36,011 bases of DNA from Sanchytrium tribonematis (Eukaryota), in the NCBI GenBank assembly GCA_018985235.1, contig JADGIG010000035.1:1-36011 (forward strand), given 5' to 3'. The position numbers and the translations under genes were made by a program. Under the pieces are notes generated by a model that worked only from the letters and a program-made list of their open reading frames with translations, did not search any database and was not told where the DNA came from. Shown here piece after piece: positions 10,266-19,643 of this stretch. Positions within the stretch are counted from its first letter, which is position 1. The number at the start of each line of letters is the position of its first letter.

Positions 10266-11276
10266 TTATTTAAATTTTTGAATTACCTCTAACAGAGACT
10301 GGTATTGATTCTCCAATACAGTTAACGCTAAAATCCTTTTACCTTCATTGTTGAGTTCTTTTACCAAATTATGCGAGACTAATTCTTCCAAAACCGCATT
10401 GATAGTTGTAGAACTGACCAATTTTGATTTGAAATAAGTCATCATTGATTTGCGACTAACTGTAACATTCTCAATATGTTTATCAACAATATATTTGAGA
10501 ATTTTGGGAGCGTCCTTGTTTAATTTAGATAAAATTGATTCTACACCAGAAATGGTAATCGTTCGTTTTTCTGTCTTTTTTGAATTAGAAATGGGAGTGG
10601 TATAAGATGCACCAGTCGTTATATTGTGAAATACACATGATGGAATTACAAGGGAAATAATCGCCATAGGATCATCTAAAGTTATCAGCATTCTTCGCTC
10701 TAAGCGAAAGGCAAGTCGAAGGCATTTTATAGAAAAGACATCTGTACAGAAAACTTCGATTCCTTGCACTACGATAATACTAGCTGGTTGATTATTAATA
10801 TATTCCTCAAAATAATCCACGTTGTCTTCAAGCTCTAAATCATCGTCTGAATCATATTCTTCTTTTTGAAGCCTTACCAAATGTTTAAATGCATTTTTGT
10901 CTTCGTATCCATTGACATGAAGCATCGGCAGATTACACTGCTTGTCAAAATCTTTTATAACTTCTTGCTTATTACCCACTCCATATAAAATTATATTGAA
11001 TTTGTTTTTTAGTTCAAGTATCCATTGTTTGTACATATTTCTATAGGCATTTAGAAGTTCCAGTGGAATTGTACGAGTGAATTTTTTAATTGCTTGCTGT
11101 TTCTTGGCTCCTTCTAAAGGTTCAATTAACTCTAGAGAGTTTTTTGATTTCCCTCTTCGTTGCTTGGAATCGAAGAAAGTTTCATTGTCTGAGAAAGTGT
11201 CTGAATCAAGAGCACTGACACCGGAATCCATTAAACAAGGAGATTTTGCCAATTTCAATTCAAAAATAGCACTCAT
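10266..11276 (-). CDS. ORC2: Origin recognition complex subunit 2 (short, divergent)
   Basis: Orc2 signature QWILELKNKFNIILYGVGNKQ, plus LHVNGY, FHNITTGASY, GVESILSKL and a winged-helix end (LEELVSHNLV). Confidence 0.75.
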   Translation of the reverse strand: MSAIFELKLAKSPCLMDSGVSALDSDTFSDNETFFDSKQRRGKSKNSLELIEPLEGAKKQQAIKKFTRTIPLELLNAYRNMYKQWILELKNKFNIILYGVGNKQEVIKDFDKQCNLPMLHVNGYEDKNAFKHLVRLQKEEYDSDDDLELEDNVDYFEEYINNQPASIIVVQGIEVFCTDVFSIKCLRLAFRLERRMLITLDDPMAIISLVIPSCVFHNITTGASYTTPISNSKKTEKRTITISGVESILSKLNKDAPKILKYIVDKHIENVTVSRKSMMTYFKSKLVSSTTINAVLEELVSHNLVKELNNEGKRILALTVLENQYQSLLEVIQKFK

Positions 11277-11377
11277 TCATATATTGCTGGAACAATGGGT
11301 ACCATCTAAATCAGCAGGTTTTTTTAAAATAGATGGAAGAAATCAAGAGTTTTAGCTTGAAAGGGTCAAATTAGGAG

Positions 11378-11701
11378 ATGGCTCGAAAAACCAAAAAAGT
11401 CAAGAAGATAATTGTAGATAAAGTACGAGAGAATAAATTAAGTAAGCAGAAATTAAAAAAGCCAATTATGAAAATGGATGCAATGATTGACACGCTGAAT
11501 GAAATCAATACCAAGCCAAAAGAAGTCCGAGTTTCAAAGAAATACAACAGATCTCAAAGAAATGCTGAATATTCTGCGAATACATCTAGATTTATAGAAA
11601 ACAGCAAATCTACTCTGATCAAGCAAGATCCTTTGGGTTACATCAAACTGTACTCTGAAAAATTACAAAATGACAAATTGAGAAATAAGGTGCAATTATA
11701 A
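11378..11701 (+). CDS. Small basic protein, possibly an Slx9/FAM207A-like ribosome biogenesis factor
   Basis: Lys-rich 107-aa ORF divergent from ORC2. The C-terminal SRF...QDPLGYIK pattern only loosely resembles Slx9. Confidence 0.45.
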   Translation: MARKTKKVKKIIVDKVRENKLSKQKLKKPIMKMDAMIDTLNEINTKPKEVRVSKKYNRSQRNAEYSANTSRFIENSKSTLIKQDPLGYIKLYSEKLQNDKLRNKVQL

Positions 11702-11781
11702 ATTATTTAATATAAATTTTCAGCCGCAACTTGATAATTTTTAATGGTGCTGTCAAATTCTTTTACCTTAAGTGTATCAAC

Positions 11782-11794
11782 GATTGGATTGGCT
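11782..11794 (-). promoter_or_regulatory. Tandem CCAAT boxes about 60-70 bp upstream of the ATG at 11852
   Basis: gattggattggct on the + strand. Confidence 0.45.
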
Positions 11795-11851
11795 GAGTTG
11801 TAATTTAGTATTATATAAACTTTTCCACACCATTTTAAAGCTAGAATTTTA

Positions 11852-12319
11852 ATGAAGAAAACACTAAAATATGATAATTTGATGCAATTTTACATGCCAA
11901 AATGTTACGAGCTTTTTCAAAACCATCAAATTAGATCAATAATTACAACAACCTTGATGCTTTTACTTTGGTCAGCAGCTACAATATGGGGTGCTCAAAA
12001 CCACTATATCTCTCTTGTATATATTGGCTTGTTGGTTTTAACTTTAATTATTCTTCAAATATCTTATCCTGAATTATACAAAATATTATTCAGAAGTTCG
12101 CAATCTTTGTTTAGCGCAAAATATGATAGAACAATGATTCTTAATTTTCTTTTGGTTTCCGCAGTAATAGCGGTCTTTTTTGGTATTCATTCTCGGGAAA
12201 TTTCAATATTAATAACAGGAATCACTATTTTTATTGTCTGGTCCAGATTAATCTCAACCGGTCCTGATAGGTTCAGATCACCAAATATTGATTTGGTGCA
12301 AAGTTTTACAAACCAATAA
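11852..12319 (+). CDS. Four-helix membrane protein, function unknown
   Basis: 155-aa ORF with two pairs of hydrophobic helices; the stop overlaps AATAAA. Confidence 0.6.
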   Translation: MKKTLKYDNLMQFYMPKCYELFQNHQIRSIITTTLMLLLWSAATIWGAQNHYISLVYIGLLVLTLIILQISYPELYKILFRSSQSLFSAKYDRTMILNFLLVSAVIAVFFGIHSREISILITGITIFIVWSRLISTGPDRFRSPNIDLVQSFTNQ

Positions 12320-12395
12320 AATTTGTCTCATTAATAGCTATAAATATCAAATGTGATAAAAATAGCAGCTCTCTTCCTTTTACAAAATATCGGAT

Positions 12396-13661
12396 TTATT
12401 TGTAGGAACGCTCCCAATTATGAATTTCGTATACACTTAAATGCTCAAATGACTGATTACTTTGGAAAGAATCAGAAACACGCAATTTGATATACTTTTC
12501 AGTCCATTCATGAAAAGTCTCAAAATCCAACAAATCTCTATTTTCAACACAATTGATCCCATCTAATCCAACCATACCAGTCTGATTCAATTCAAACATT
12601 CTGGCCATACATCCACTGCCGTATGAAAACATTAATATATTTTTGTGATTGGTGTTTGAACTTAACAGACTGAATAAAGATGTGTAAAGTGATGAACAGT
12701 ATGAATTACCTACTAATTTTGGTAATGCCAGTCCGTCTTTGCTTTTGTTGCTGATGAATTCGTTGCAAATGTTAAGGCACTCTTTCATTGCAAGTTTGTT
12801 ATTTAGCAAATCTAGAGCATGACAAATATTGTGGGAATTCAGGATATCGAATAGCTGAATTTCTAAACCTGTCTTGGAATTATTAATGAGTGCATCAGAG
12901 ACCTTTAATAAAAGTATACCTTTTTCGACTTGTTTGGCAAAAGGAGCGTGCATACAAATAGAATCATAATTATCCACTCTTTGTATTTCTTGCTTCGCTT
13001 TGAAGTCTTCGTAACAGCTTAGAAGGGCATTAAAGTAACATTTTATAGAAAGTTGACCATTCACAACTGGTAATCCATCCAGAGGATTTGGCTTGAAGAA
13101 ATCATATTGATGCTGGATAAAATTAGAATATTTGTGGTTGAGCTTGAGGTGAGCATTCGGACCAATTATTAAGCAGACTGCACCCGCGCCACCTGTTGCG
13201 TTAGGAGTTCCATTATAAATAGCTATATCCGATGTAATAACAAGTGCAAATTTGTTATTATAAAATGGTGAATAACACCAGTTAAAGGCATTAAACAGAG
13301 CAGCTGTACCGCCAAAGCAGGCATTTGTACAGTCTATTCCTTCTATATCTGTCACATTAAGTAATTGTTGCAAATGGGACACAATCGACTTAGATGAATC
13401 AGTTCTAGTTTCCGTTCCGACATCTATCCTCCCGATTTGGCTAGCCGGGATATTTGTAGCTAGCAACGCATTTTTAACCACTGTCATCGCCATTGAGACT
13501 GAGTCCTCTGTAAAATGATTAACAGAACGCTCTAATTGACCCAAACCCTTTGTGTATTTACCTGGACAATTATCATGCTGCTCCAGTACTGATTGCTTTA
13601 TGGCGTACGGTGGGGTGTATAATTGGATATGTAGAATCCCGAAATCAGAATTTGATAGCAT
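12396..13661 (-). CDS. ERG13: Hydroxymethylglutaryl-CoA synthase
   Basis: Motifs GKYTKGLGQ, IGRIDVGTET, EGIDCTNACFGGTAALFNA (catalytic Cys), TGGAGAV, HAPF, GNSYCSSLY and FSYGSG. Confidence 0.95.
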   Translation of the reverse strand: MLSNSDFGILHIQLYTPPYAIKQSVLEQHDNCPGKYTKGLGQLERSVNHFTEDSVSMAMTVVKNALLATNIPASQIGRIDVGTETRTDSSKSIVSHLQQLLNVTDIEGIDCTNACFGGTAALFNAFNWCYSPFYNNKFALVITSDIAIYNGTPNATGGAGAVCLIIGPNAHLKLNHKYSNFIQHQYDFFKPNPLDGLPVVNGQLSIKCYFNALLSCYEDFKAKQEIQRVDNYDSICMHAPFAKQVEKGILLLKVSDALINNSKTGLEIQLFDILNSHNICHALDLLNNKLAMKECLNICNEFISNKSKDGLALPKLVGNSYCSSLYTSLFSLLSSNTNHKNILMFSYGSGCMARMFELNQTGMVGLDGINCVENRDLLDFETFHEWTEKYIKLRVSDSFQSNQSFEHLSVYEIHNWERSYK

Positions 13662-13714
13662 TTTTAAACCTGAAATTTGGAGCGAATTCTGTAATTACTC
13701 AAAAATTCAAAGTT

Positions 13715-13737
13715 GACCAATCAACGATAGCCAATCA
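13715..13737 (+). promoter_or_regulatory. Two CCAAT boxes (GACCAATCA, AGCCAATCA) upstream of ERG13
   Basis: Two consensus RRCCAATCA sites about 55-75 bp upstream of the ERG13 start. Confidence 0.55.
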
Positions 13738-13782
13738 GATTAAATTTGCAAAAAGGCTTGGAAATCATAGTTGGTAAAATAT

Positions 13783-15256
13783 TTATTGTGGCGTACCTTT
13801 GAATCGTAGAGCAAGAATGATCAGAATCACATTGCTCACAGCACTAATAATACTAAACACTAACAAATTTTGAGATTTGGTCAGATGGTAGGGTTCCATG
13901 GCTTCTTCCACAAACACAACCATCATGTTACCTAATGTTACTAGCAAGAGCCAGAAGCTACTGCTTGTTGATTTCATTCTCTTTCCAGCATACTGGTAAG
14001 CAAATTCGTTTCCTAAATAAGTTGAAACTACCCGTTGGACTGAAGAAAGACTCTCCTAGATTAAGTAAAATCCATTGTGGTAATTGGTATGCAGCGTGTA
14101 AACATTTTCCGGGTGCGCATATATATCTCTGGGTTTTTGGATCTACGGTTCCATTAAATCCCGAATCCACGTAGATTTCCAAAAAGCTGCTGAGAAAAAA
14201 ACTTAGTGTGACAAGTATAGCACCAATACAGATACGCTTCAGTGGCCCAAATGGCACACCTTTTTTTTCAAAAAGTGGATAAACCCAGGTCGCTAAAATA
14301 TAAACCATAATAATGACTAACAATGGGTTAAATACAGCAACAAACATTTCGTCTGTAATATTCACACCAAACCATGTTCCGTCCATTCTGGAATACTGTT
14401 CTTGCCAAGCTGTAGCATTTTGTTCATAAACCATCCAGGTAAACAAAAGTGGTAAAATCACCACAAACATTCTTATAAAGGCTCTTACTTCTTCAACAAA
14501 ATCATAGTCATACTCAGGTGATGCATTATCGAGGAAATCTACTTTTTTGTTGATAACTTTGGTCGTCTGTTTATTAGTTATTGAATTTTTGATTGCACTA
14601 AAAATTAATAGAATAGCTTTAAGTGGTAGAAATTCCCCAAGTGGTGGAACAAATACGTAATACTTATATCCAGCCACGAAGCATATAATGGCAAAGACAA
14701 ATAGAATTGCAGGAACTAAAAATCCAAGAAAATAACATGGTCCACCAAAACAAGTGATTTCATCTTTTAACAATGGAGTTATGAAGCCCGACATAACTGC
14801 GCCAATATTGATGCTGACATAAAAGTATGAGAAAAATTGTCTCATTAAATGTGCATCTTCGGCCTTAAATAGATCACCACCAAAAGAACTGACACATGGC
14901 TTAATACCTCCTGTACCGACTGCAACAAGCAGCAAACTTGCAGAAATAGTATATAGGGACTGAAATGCAGGCATTGATGTGACAGCTAAACCGACGAGAC
15001 CAAGCGCATAAACTATGGCAAGATATAAAATGGTTCTGTATTTTCCAAGAAAAGAATCACTAATAGCGGCCCCTATTAAAGGGAAAAAGTAGCAAATCAT
15101 ACTAAACATATGGGTATATTCTTTAGCTTTTACATCATCCGATCCGATAAATCGGAAATAATTAAAAAGTAATGGCCTAATTCCATAAAAGGAAAATCGC
15201 TCCATCAACTCCACAACGATAATAAAATACACAGCTTTAGGCATAGAAGATGTCAT
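13783..15256 (-). CDS. PTR2: POT/PTR family proton-coupled oligopeptide transporter; exons 15256-14032 and 14012-13783 (484 aa)
   Basis: Motifs ELMERFSFYG, GTGGIKPCVSSFGGD and FSYFYVSINIGA. Removing a 19-nt intron gives FSPTGNEFAYQYAGKRMKS, the conserved PTR 'GLEFAYxQAPxxMKS' region, and joins the two listed ORFs. Confidence 0.93.
14013..14031 (-). other. 19-nt spliceosomal intron GTAGTTTCAACTTATTTAG in PTR2
   Basis: GT-AG ends; removal restores frame and a conserved motif. Confidence 0.85.
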
Positions 15257-15635
15257 TTTATGGAATTGTAAGAAGGGTTATGGCAAATCCAAATTGATGA
15301 TCACAAGTGGCGATTTGGCGCACAAAGAGTTCAAGTTGTGAAATTATAGACCATTGAAATTTTATCATGATGCAATCTCTGATATCCAATGGATACAGCA
15401 AAAGCCATCCATGGTTGAATTCTGTATAAAATTAGTTGAAAATATCTTTAAGTTATAGCACTATTCCCCAAGTGGGGAACCTCAGCTGACCAACATGAAA
15501 TAAAAATCATGAAAGGTATTATTTTCAGTTGCATTTAATGGCTATCGCCTTTTACTTAGTGTGTATATTTGTGTAATTTAAACATCATTGAGAACAAGTT
15601 GGGACACTACAAGTAAACATATTTACTAAATTTCA

Positions 15636-17678
15636 CTAAATTTGTCTTGGATACGGATTGTACTTTTGCAACAATACAAATCCCCCGCCGTATTTCTTTC
15701 TGATCACAATGATTACGACAATAACAATAATTATAAATCCGACTACTCCTCCAATAATTCCAGCTGTCATGGCAGTCTGATTAGCCACACTTTCACTGCT
15801 TGTCATACACATTTTTTGGCTTCTGTTGCTAAAATTGTTGTTCCTGGTGGACGCAAAACACTGCGATCCTACGTCTTTGATTTCTGCCATGTGACTAAAA
15901 TAAGGACCACTGGCTCCATTTAAATATTGGCAACTCATTGGATCTTGTTGCACGTTGTTGTCATCGACATTTGCATTCATGTCTGCCATTTTAGCAACCG
16001 AGTAGCAATTGGTTTGATTTATCCAAGCTAATGCCTTCAAGTCTTCTTGACTCATCAGATTAACATTAGCAACAGGAGCAATCAAATTTCCTTGTATGTT
16101 TCCTAAAGGGACCAGATTACTTCTGTCTGTACCGGCTAATCCTTGTCCTGCGTTGTTTTTATCATTATAATCGGAACCACACCATTGAAAATGTACCAAA
16201 TCTCCTCTGTTTACATTGACTTCACCTGGAACAAAATCGTATTCGACGCAATTTCTGACTTGTGCAATATTTCCTCTTTTTCCTCTAATATTTACATTAA
16301 TAATGTTTTTGTTTTCCAAATCGCTTGTTCTTTTCTTAATTTTGAAGACATAAGATCTATCTTCAAAAGTTCTAGAGTTTTGATTTGTATTCAAAGTAAT
16401 TTTCAAAGGAATTACATCCTCTGGTGCATTTCCGTTCTGGTAATCTCCTGCGTTGATCAATGGCTTGTTTTTTACAGCTTGATTGTCTTTGCTGGTGAAT
16501 GTTCTAGGCACTTCACTTGTGGAGATATTATATCGCAGTCTTAATGTGCAACGCAAATCATCTTTGGAAGTAAATGTACTAAGCTTTGGAATTCTCCATT
16601 GATAACTCTGAAGCTGGCCGCCTTGACCTACGGCAGAATCGTCTGATTTAGACATGACAACCTGTCCCAAGTGATTGTCGAGCAAATAAGGAGCTTGTAC
16701 ACAATCAGGCGCATTTATTCCCCAGCTGGGTGCAGAAACCCATTTTGCATTGACTCTAGGAGCGTTTTGTGTGGTGGTTTCGCAGTCCTTTTGATTATTG
16801 TACATCCAAAAGGATTTATCAGTTGGATCATTTTGATTAACACATTCTCCACGGCCTAGCACATTCTGAGAATTTTGCTGAATTTCGTTACAAACACTCG
16901 TATCACTTGTTAAGACAGCAATGTCTCTCCATGGAGTCCAATGAAAATATGGATAATAATCTCTTTCTTCGGTACATTCATATCCATGTCTGTCTCCATT
17001 TGCATTTTGTCTGGTAAATCTAGCACTCATGCGATTAGTATCAGTTGGGCTCAAATTGTTTGCAACATAAAGACCCATATTTCGATTTCTGGTTCGACAT
17101 TTATCGTAATATCTAAATGATTCGTGCTGTCCATAAGTAGCCATTTTTCTTGGAGAACATTTGCAAGCATCGCTGTTAAACGTGTCTCTGTTTTTTTGAA
17201 CGGTCAAATCCAACGTTGCACATTGATCTTGGCTTGTATTTGCAGTGCATTCTTCAGGAAGTGGTTTAGTTTGAGTACAACTTCCAGTTCCATCTGCATT
17301 TTTATAATCCACTGGAGAACGACCGTCAGTCAATACATAATCATTTAATTGAACTGTCCCCATATCCATTCCAAAAGCATCTTCACATCCTAATTGTAAA
17401 ATCATTTGACAGGTGTTTTTTTCTGGAAATAGTGGATCGTTTTTGGTGGCTCTGCCATTTCCACAAGCATGCTGTGAAGTCCATTGAATGTTCATAGTAG
17501 TATCTTCATAATATTCCATCTCTTTATTACAGATTCCATAGCCTCCAGCAGCATTATTCTGTGAATCAAATAACCGATTGTCGTTATTTCTGTCATTGGA
17601 TGCTTCATCACATCTGTCATTACTACCACGAGGATAATGCATGTACACATCTGCATAGACCAGCAGTGAGATAAGCAT
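15636..17678 (-). CDS. DD3-3-like type I membrane protein (signal peptide, Cys-rich ectodomain, C-terminal TM)
   Basis: Motifs DVYMHYPRGSND...NRLFDSQNNAAGGY, HGYECTEERDYYPYFHWTPWRDIAVL, LRLRYNIST, RGKRGNIAQVRNCVEYDFVP and TRNNNFSNRSQK are typical of the Dictyostelium DD3-3 family. The first ATG (17678) gives a short signal peptide. Confidence 0.8.
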   Translation of the reverse strand: MLISLLVYADVYMHYPRGSNDRCDEASNDRNNDNRLFDSQNNAAGGYGICNKEMEYYEDTTMNIQWTSQHACGNGRATKNDPLFPEKNTCQMILQLGCEDAFGMDMGTVQLNDYVLTDGRSPVDYKNADGTGSCTQTKPLPEECTANTSQDQCATLDLTVQKNRDTFNSDACKCSPRKMATYGQHESFRYYDKCRTRNRNMGLYVANNLSPTDTNRMSARFTRQNANGDRHGYECTEERDYYPYFHWTPWRDIAVLTSDTSVCNEIQQNSQNVLGRGECVNQNDPTDKSFWMYNNQKDCETTTQNAPRVNAKWVSAPSWGINAPDCVQAPYLLDNHLGQVVMSKSDDSAVGQGGQLQSYQWRIPKLSTFTSKDDLRCTLRLRYNISTSEVPRTFTSKDNQAVKNKPLINAGDYQNGNAPEDVIPLKITLNTNQNSRTFEDRSYVFKIKKRTSDLENKNIINVNIRGKRGNIAQVRNCVEYDFVPGEVNVNRGDLVHFQWCGSDYNDKNNAGQGLAGTDRSNLVPLGNIQGNLIAPVANVNLMSQEDLKALAWINQTNCYSVAKMADMNANVDDNNVQQDPMSCQYLNGASGPYFSHMAEIKDVGSQCFASTRNNNFSNRSQKMCMTSSESVANQTAMTAGIIGGVVGFIIIVIVVIIVIRKKYGGGFVLLQKYNPYPRQI

Positions 17679-17915
17679 AGAACAGATTGATTGACTCAAA
17701 TAGGGAAATTGGACTATTTATCTAGTCACATGTGAGACGTAAGAGATGGTTTGAGATGCAAGAGACGCTTATTAACTGTACGAGACATGGATATACTTTT
17801 GAGGATATATCCGAAGCATTATATGATTCCTACAATAAAATGGGATTTTTGCTTGAACGAGCCTCACTTGAATTTGGAAATTTAATCAGTTTCGAAGTCG
17901 ATCCATTTCAAAATT

Positions 17916-19502
17916 TTAACGGTGTTTACTAAATCCTTTAATTTTCATCAAAACATCTCTAGAATGTTTCCTGTCTTTATCGGTTATAGCGATTCCGTCC
18001 AAAATTTCCACCTTACTGTCAATCATCATGGACGCTCTGTATATCATTTTTTGAATATGCACAACATCATTTTCATGACTTTGGTTTTCATGCTGAAGTC
18101 CCTCATCATCATAATTTGTTCCATTATTAGGTGGATAGTAAGTAGCGTTTAAGATGTTATATCTCAAGTCTAAATCCTTGATAAATCTTAAACCCAAAAT
18201 CATTTTAAAGGATTTGATTCTATTTCCAGACAAATTAAGTTTACAAAGTGAGTGTAATTGGTACAGCGGAACAATATCGCTTATATTGTTGTAAGATATA
18301 TCTAATTGAGTCAAAGGCATTAAATTGGATATACCTTTGCTTGATATTCTTTTTAGATGCGATTGCCGCAGCTGAAGCTCATTTGTAATTTGCAAATGAT
18401 GCTTATTTTTAAGTTTATTATGAATAGATTTGAACGAAATGCACTTGATAAAATTTAAAACAATGTGAGGCGTGTGTTGATGTCCTATATCCAATAAACG
18501 CATATTCATGTTAGCAATCGAGTGTATTTGATTGTCGTGAATAACCAATTCTTTTAAATGGGGGTATTCTTTTCCATTTAAAATTTGAACTTGATTAAAA
18601 TTGATTAATAATCTACAAAGTGTTTTGGTCTCTTTGATAAATAACAAATCAACAAGCATATTATGGTTTAAATTGCATTCAATGACATTTGGAGGTAATT
18701 TAATCGATTGTAGATGATTATGCGCGACGTTAAGTGTTTTGCAATTCACATATTCTGACAAGTTTAATTCATTGTGATCGTGATTTGATAAATCCAAGGT
18801 AGTAATTTGAGCAATATCTATGGTTTTTTTAATATTCAAATTTGATATTTCTGGTGCTTTTCTATCTAATTCATCTGGGACAATAGCTTTATTCTTTTCA
18901 ATTCTACTTTGCTTTCTCGAATTGTTATTTATGGTGACTTGTAAATTTCTAATCTCATCGTTGATCTGTTGCATATTTATCTCATTATCTTTACTGTATG
19001 GATCAATTAACTGATTTAAAATATTGTGGAAATGCGAGGGATTCATATCTAAAATATTACTCAATGACGAAATCGAGTGATACGATGATTCATTCAAGGT
19101 TTCATTGTTTTCGAGGTTTTCATTGTTATTTTCATTGGGAGCTTCCACAAGCTGTTCAGCGGGATACGGAAATTGAAAATGATTCACGGTTTCTCGGTTG
19201 GGCGATGGAGGAGCGGATTCATTTGTCTTTTTCAATGTCTTTATTTTGTCTAGTAAAGAATTTTGACGAATATTACTTCTCTCTTGTGGTATTTGATCGA
19301 TTATAGCATTTAAATCAAAATCATTTAATTGGGAATTTACATGGCCATTAACAGTATCGCTTACTATAAGCTCATTTATTTTGTCACTTTCTTCTATTTC
19401 TTCATCTGGTGGTATTAATATGGATATATTATCATTATCGATAAAATCCAAATTGAATGAATCCAGCGAAAGATGTGACATGGAGAAATTTTGGATATTC
19501 AT
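17916..19502 (-). CDS. Leucine-rich repeat protein, Nud1/Cdc11 (SIN/MEN spindle-pole scaffold)-like
   Basis: Acidic, disordered N-terminal half; C-terminal LRRs (LDISYNNI, LNLSGNRI); LRR cap LDLRYN...YYPP...YR...ILDG. First ATG at 19502, alternative at 19481. Confidence 0.6.
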   Translation of the reverse strand: MNIQNFSMSHLSLDSFNLDFIDNDNISILIPPDEEIEESDKINELIVSDTVNGHVNSQLNDFDLNAIIDQIPQERSNIRQNSLLDKIKTLKKTNESAPPSPNRETVNHFQFPYPAEQLVEAPNENNNENLENNETLNESSYHSISSLSNILDMNPSHFHNILNQLIDPYSKDNEINMQQINDEIRNLQVTINNNSRKQSRIEKNKAIVPDELDRKAPEISNLNIKKTIDIAQITTLDLSNHDHNELNLSEYVNCKTLNVAHNHLQSIKLPPNVIECNLNHNMLVDLLFIKETKTLCRLLINFNQVQILNGKEYPHLKELVIHDNQIHSIANMNMRLLDIGHQHTPHIVLNFIKCISFKSIHNKLKNKHHLQITNELQLRQSHLKRISSKGISNLMPLTQLDISYNNISDIVPLYQLHSLCKLNLSGNRIKSFKMILGLRFIKDLDLRYNILNATYYPPNNGTNYDDEGLQHENQSHENDVVHIQKMIYRASMMIDSKVEILDGIAITDKDRKHSRDVLMKIKGFSKHR

Positions 19503-19643
19503 TATGACTTCGACAACATACAGAATCAAAATTACAAGAGTTGCTTCAAAGAGAATCTTTATGCTTGGTATAGATTTAAATTGTATCAAAAGTGGTGAAA
19601 ATCTTATTTGCAAATTGCGGAGAAAGTTTCAAAATTTTATTCC

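Noticed and set aside
13958..14031. PTR2, RPN11 and DBP2 as frameshifted pseudogenes or programmed frameshifts
   Set aside because: Each break is resolved exactly by a GT-AG intron that restores conserved residues.
17732..17932. 66-aa + strand ORF
   Set aside because: GTG start, overlaps the 3' end of the LRR gene and occupies the DD3-3 promoter; unsupported.
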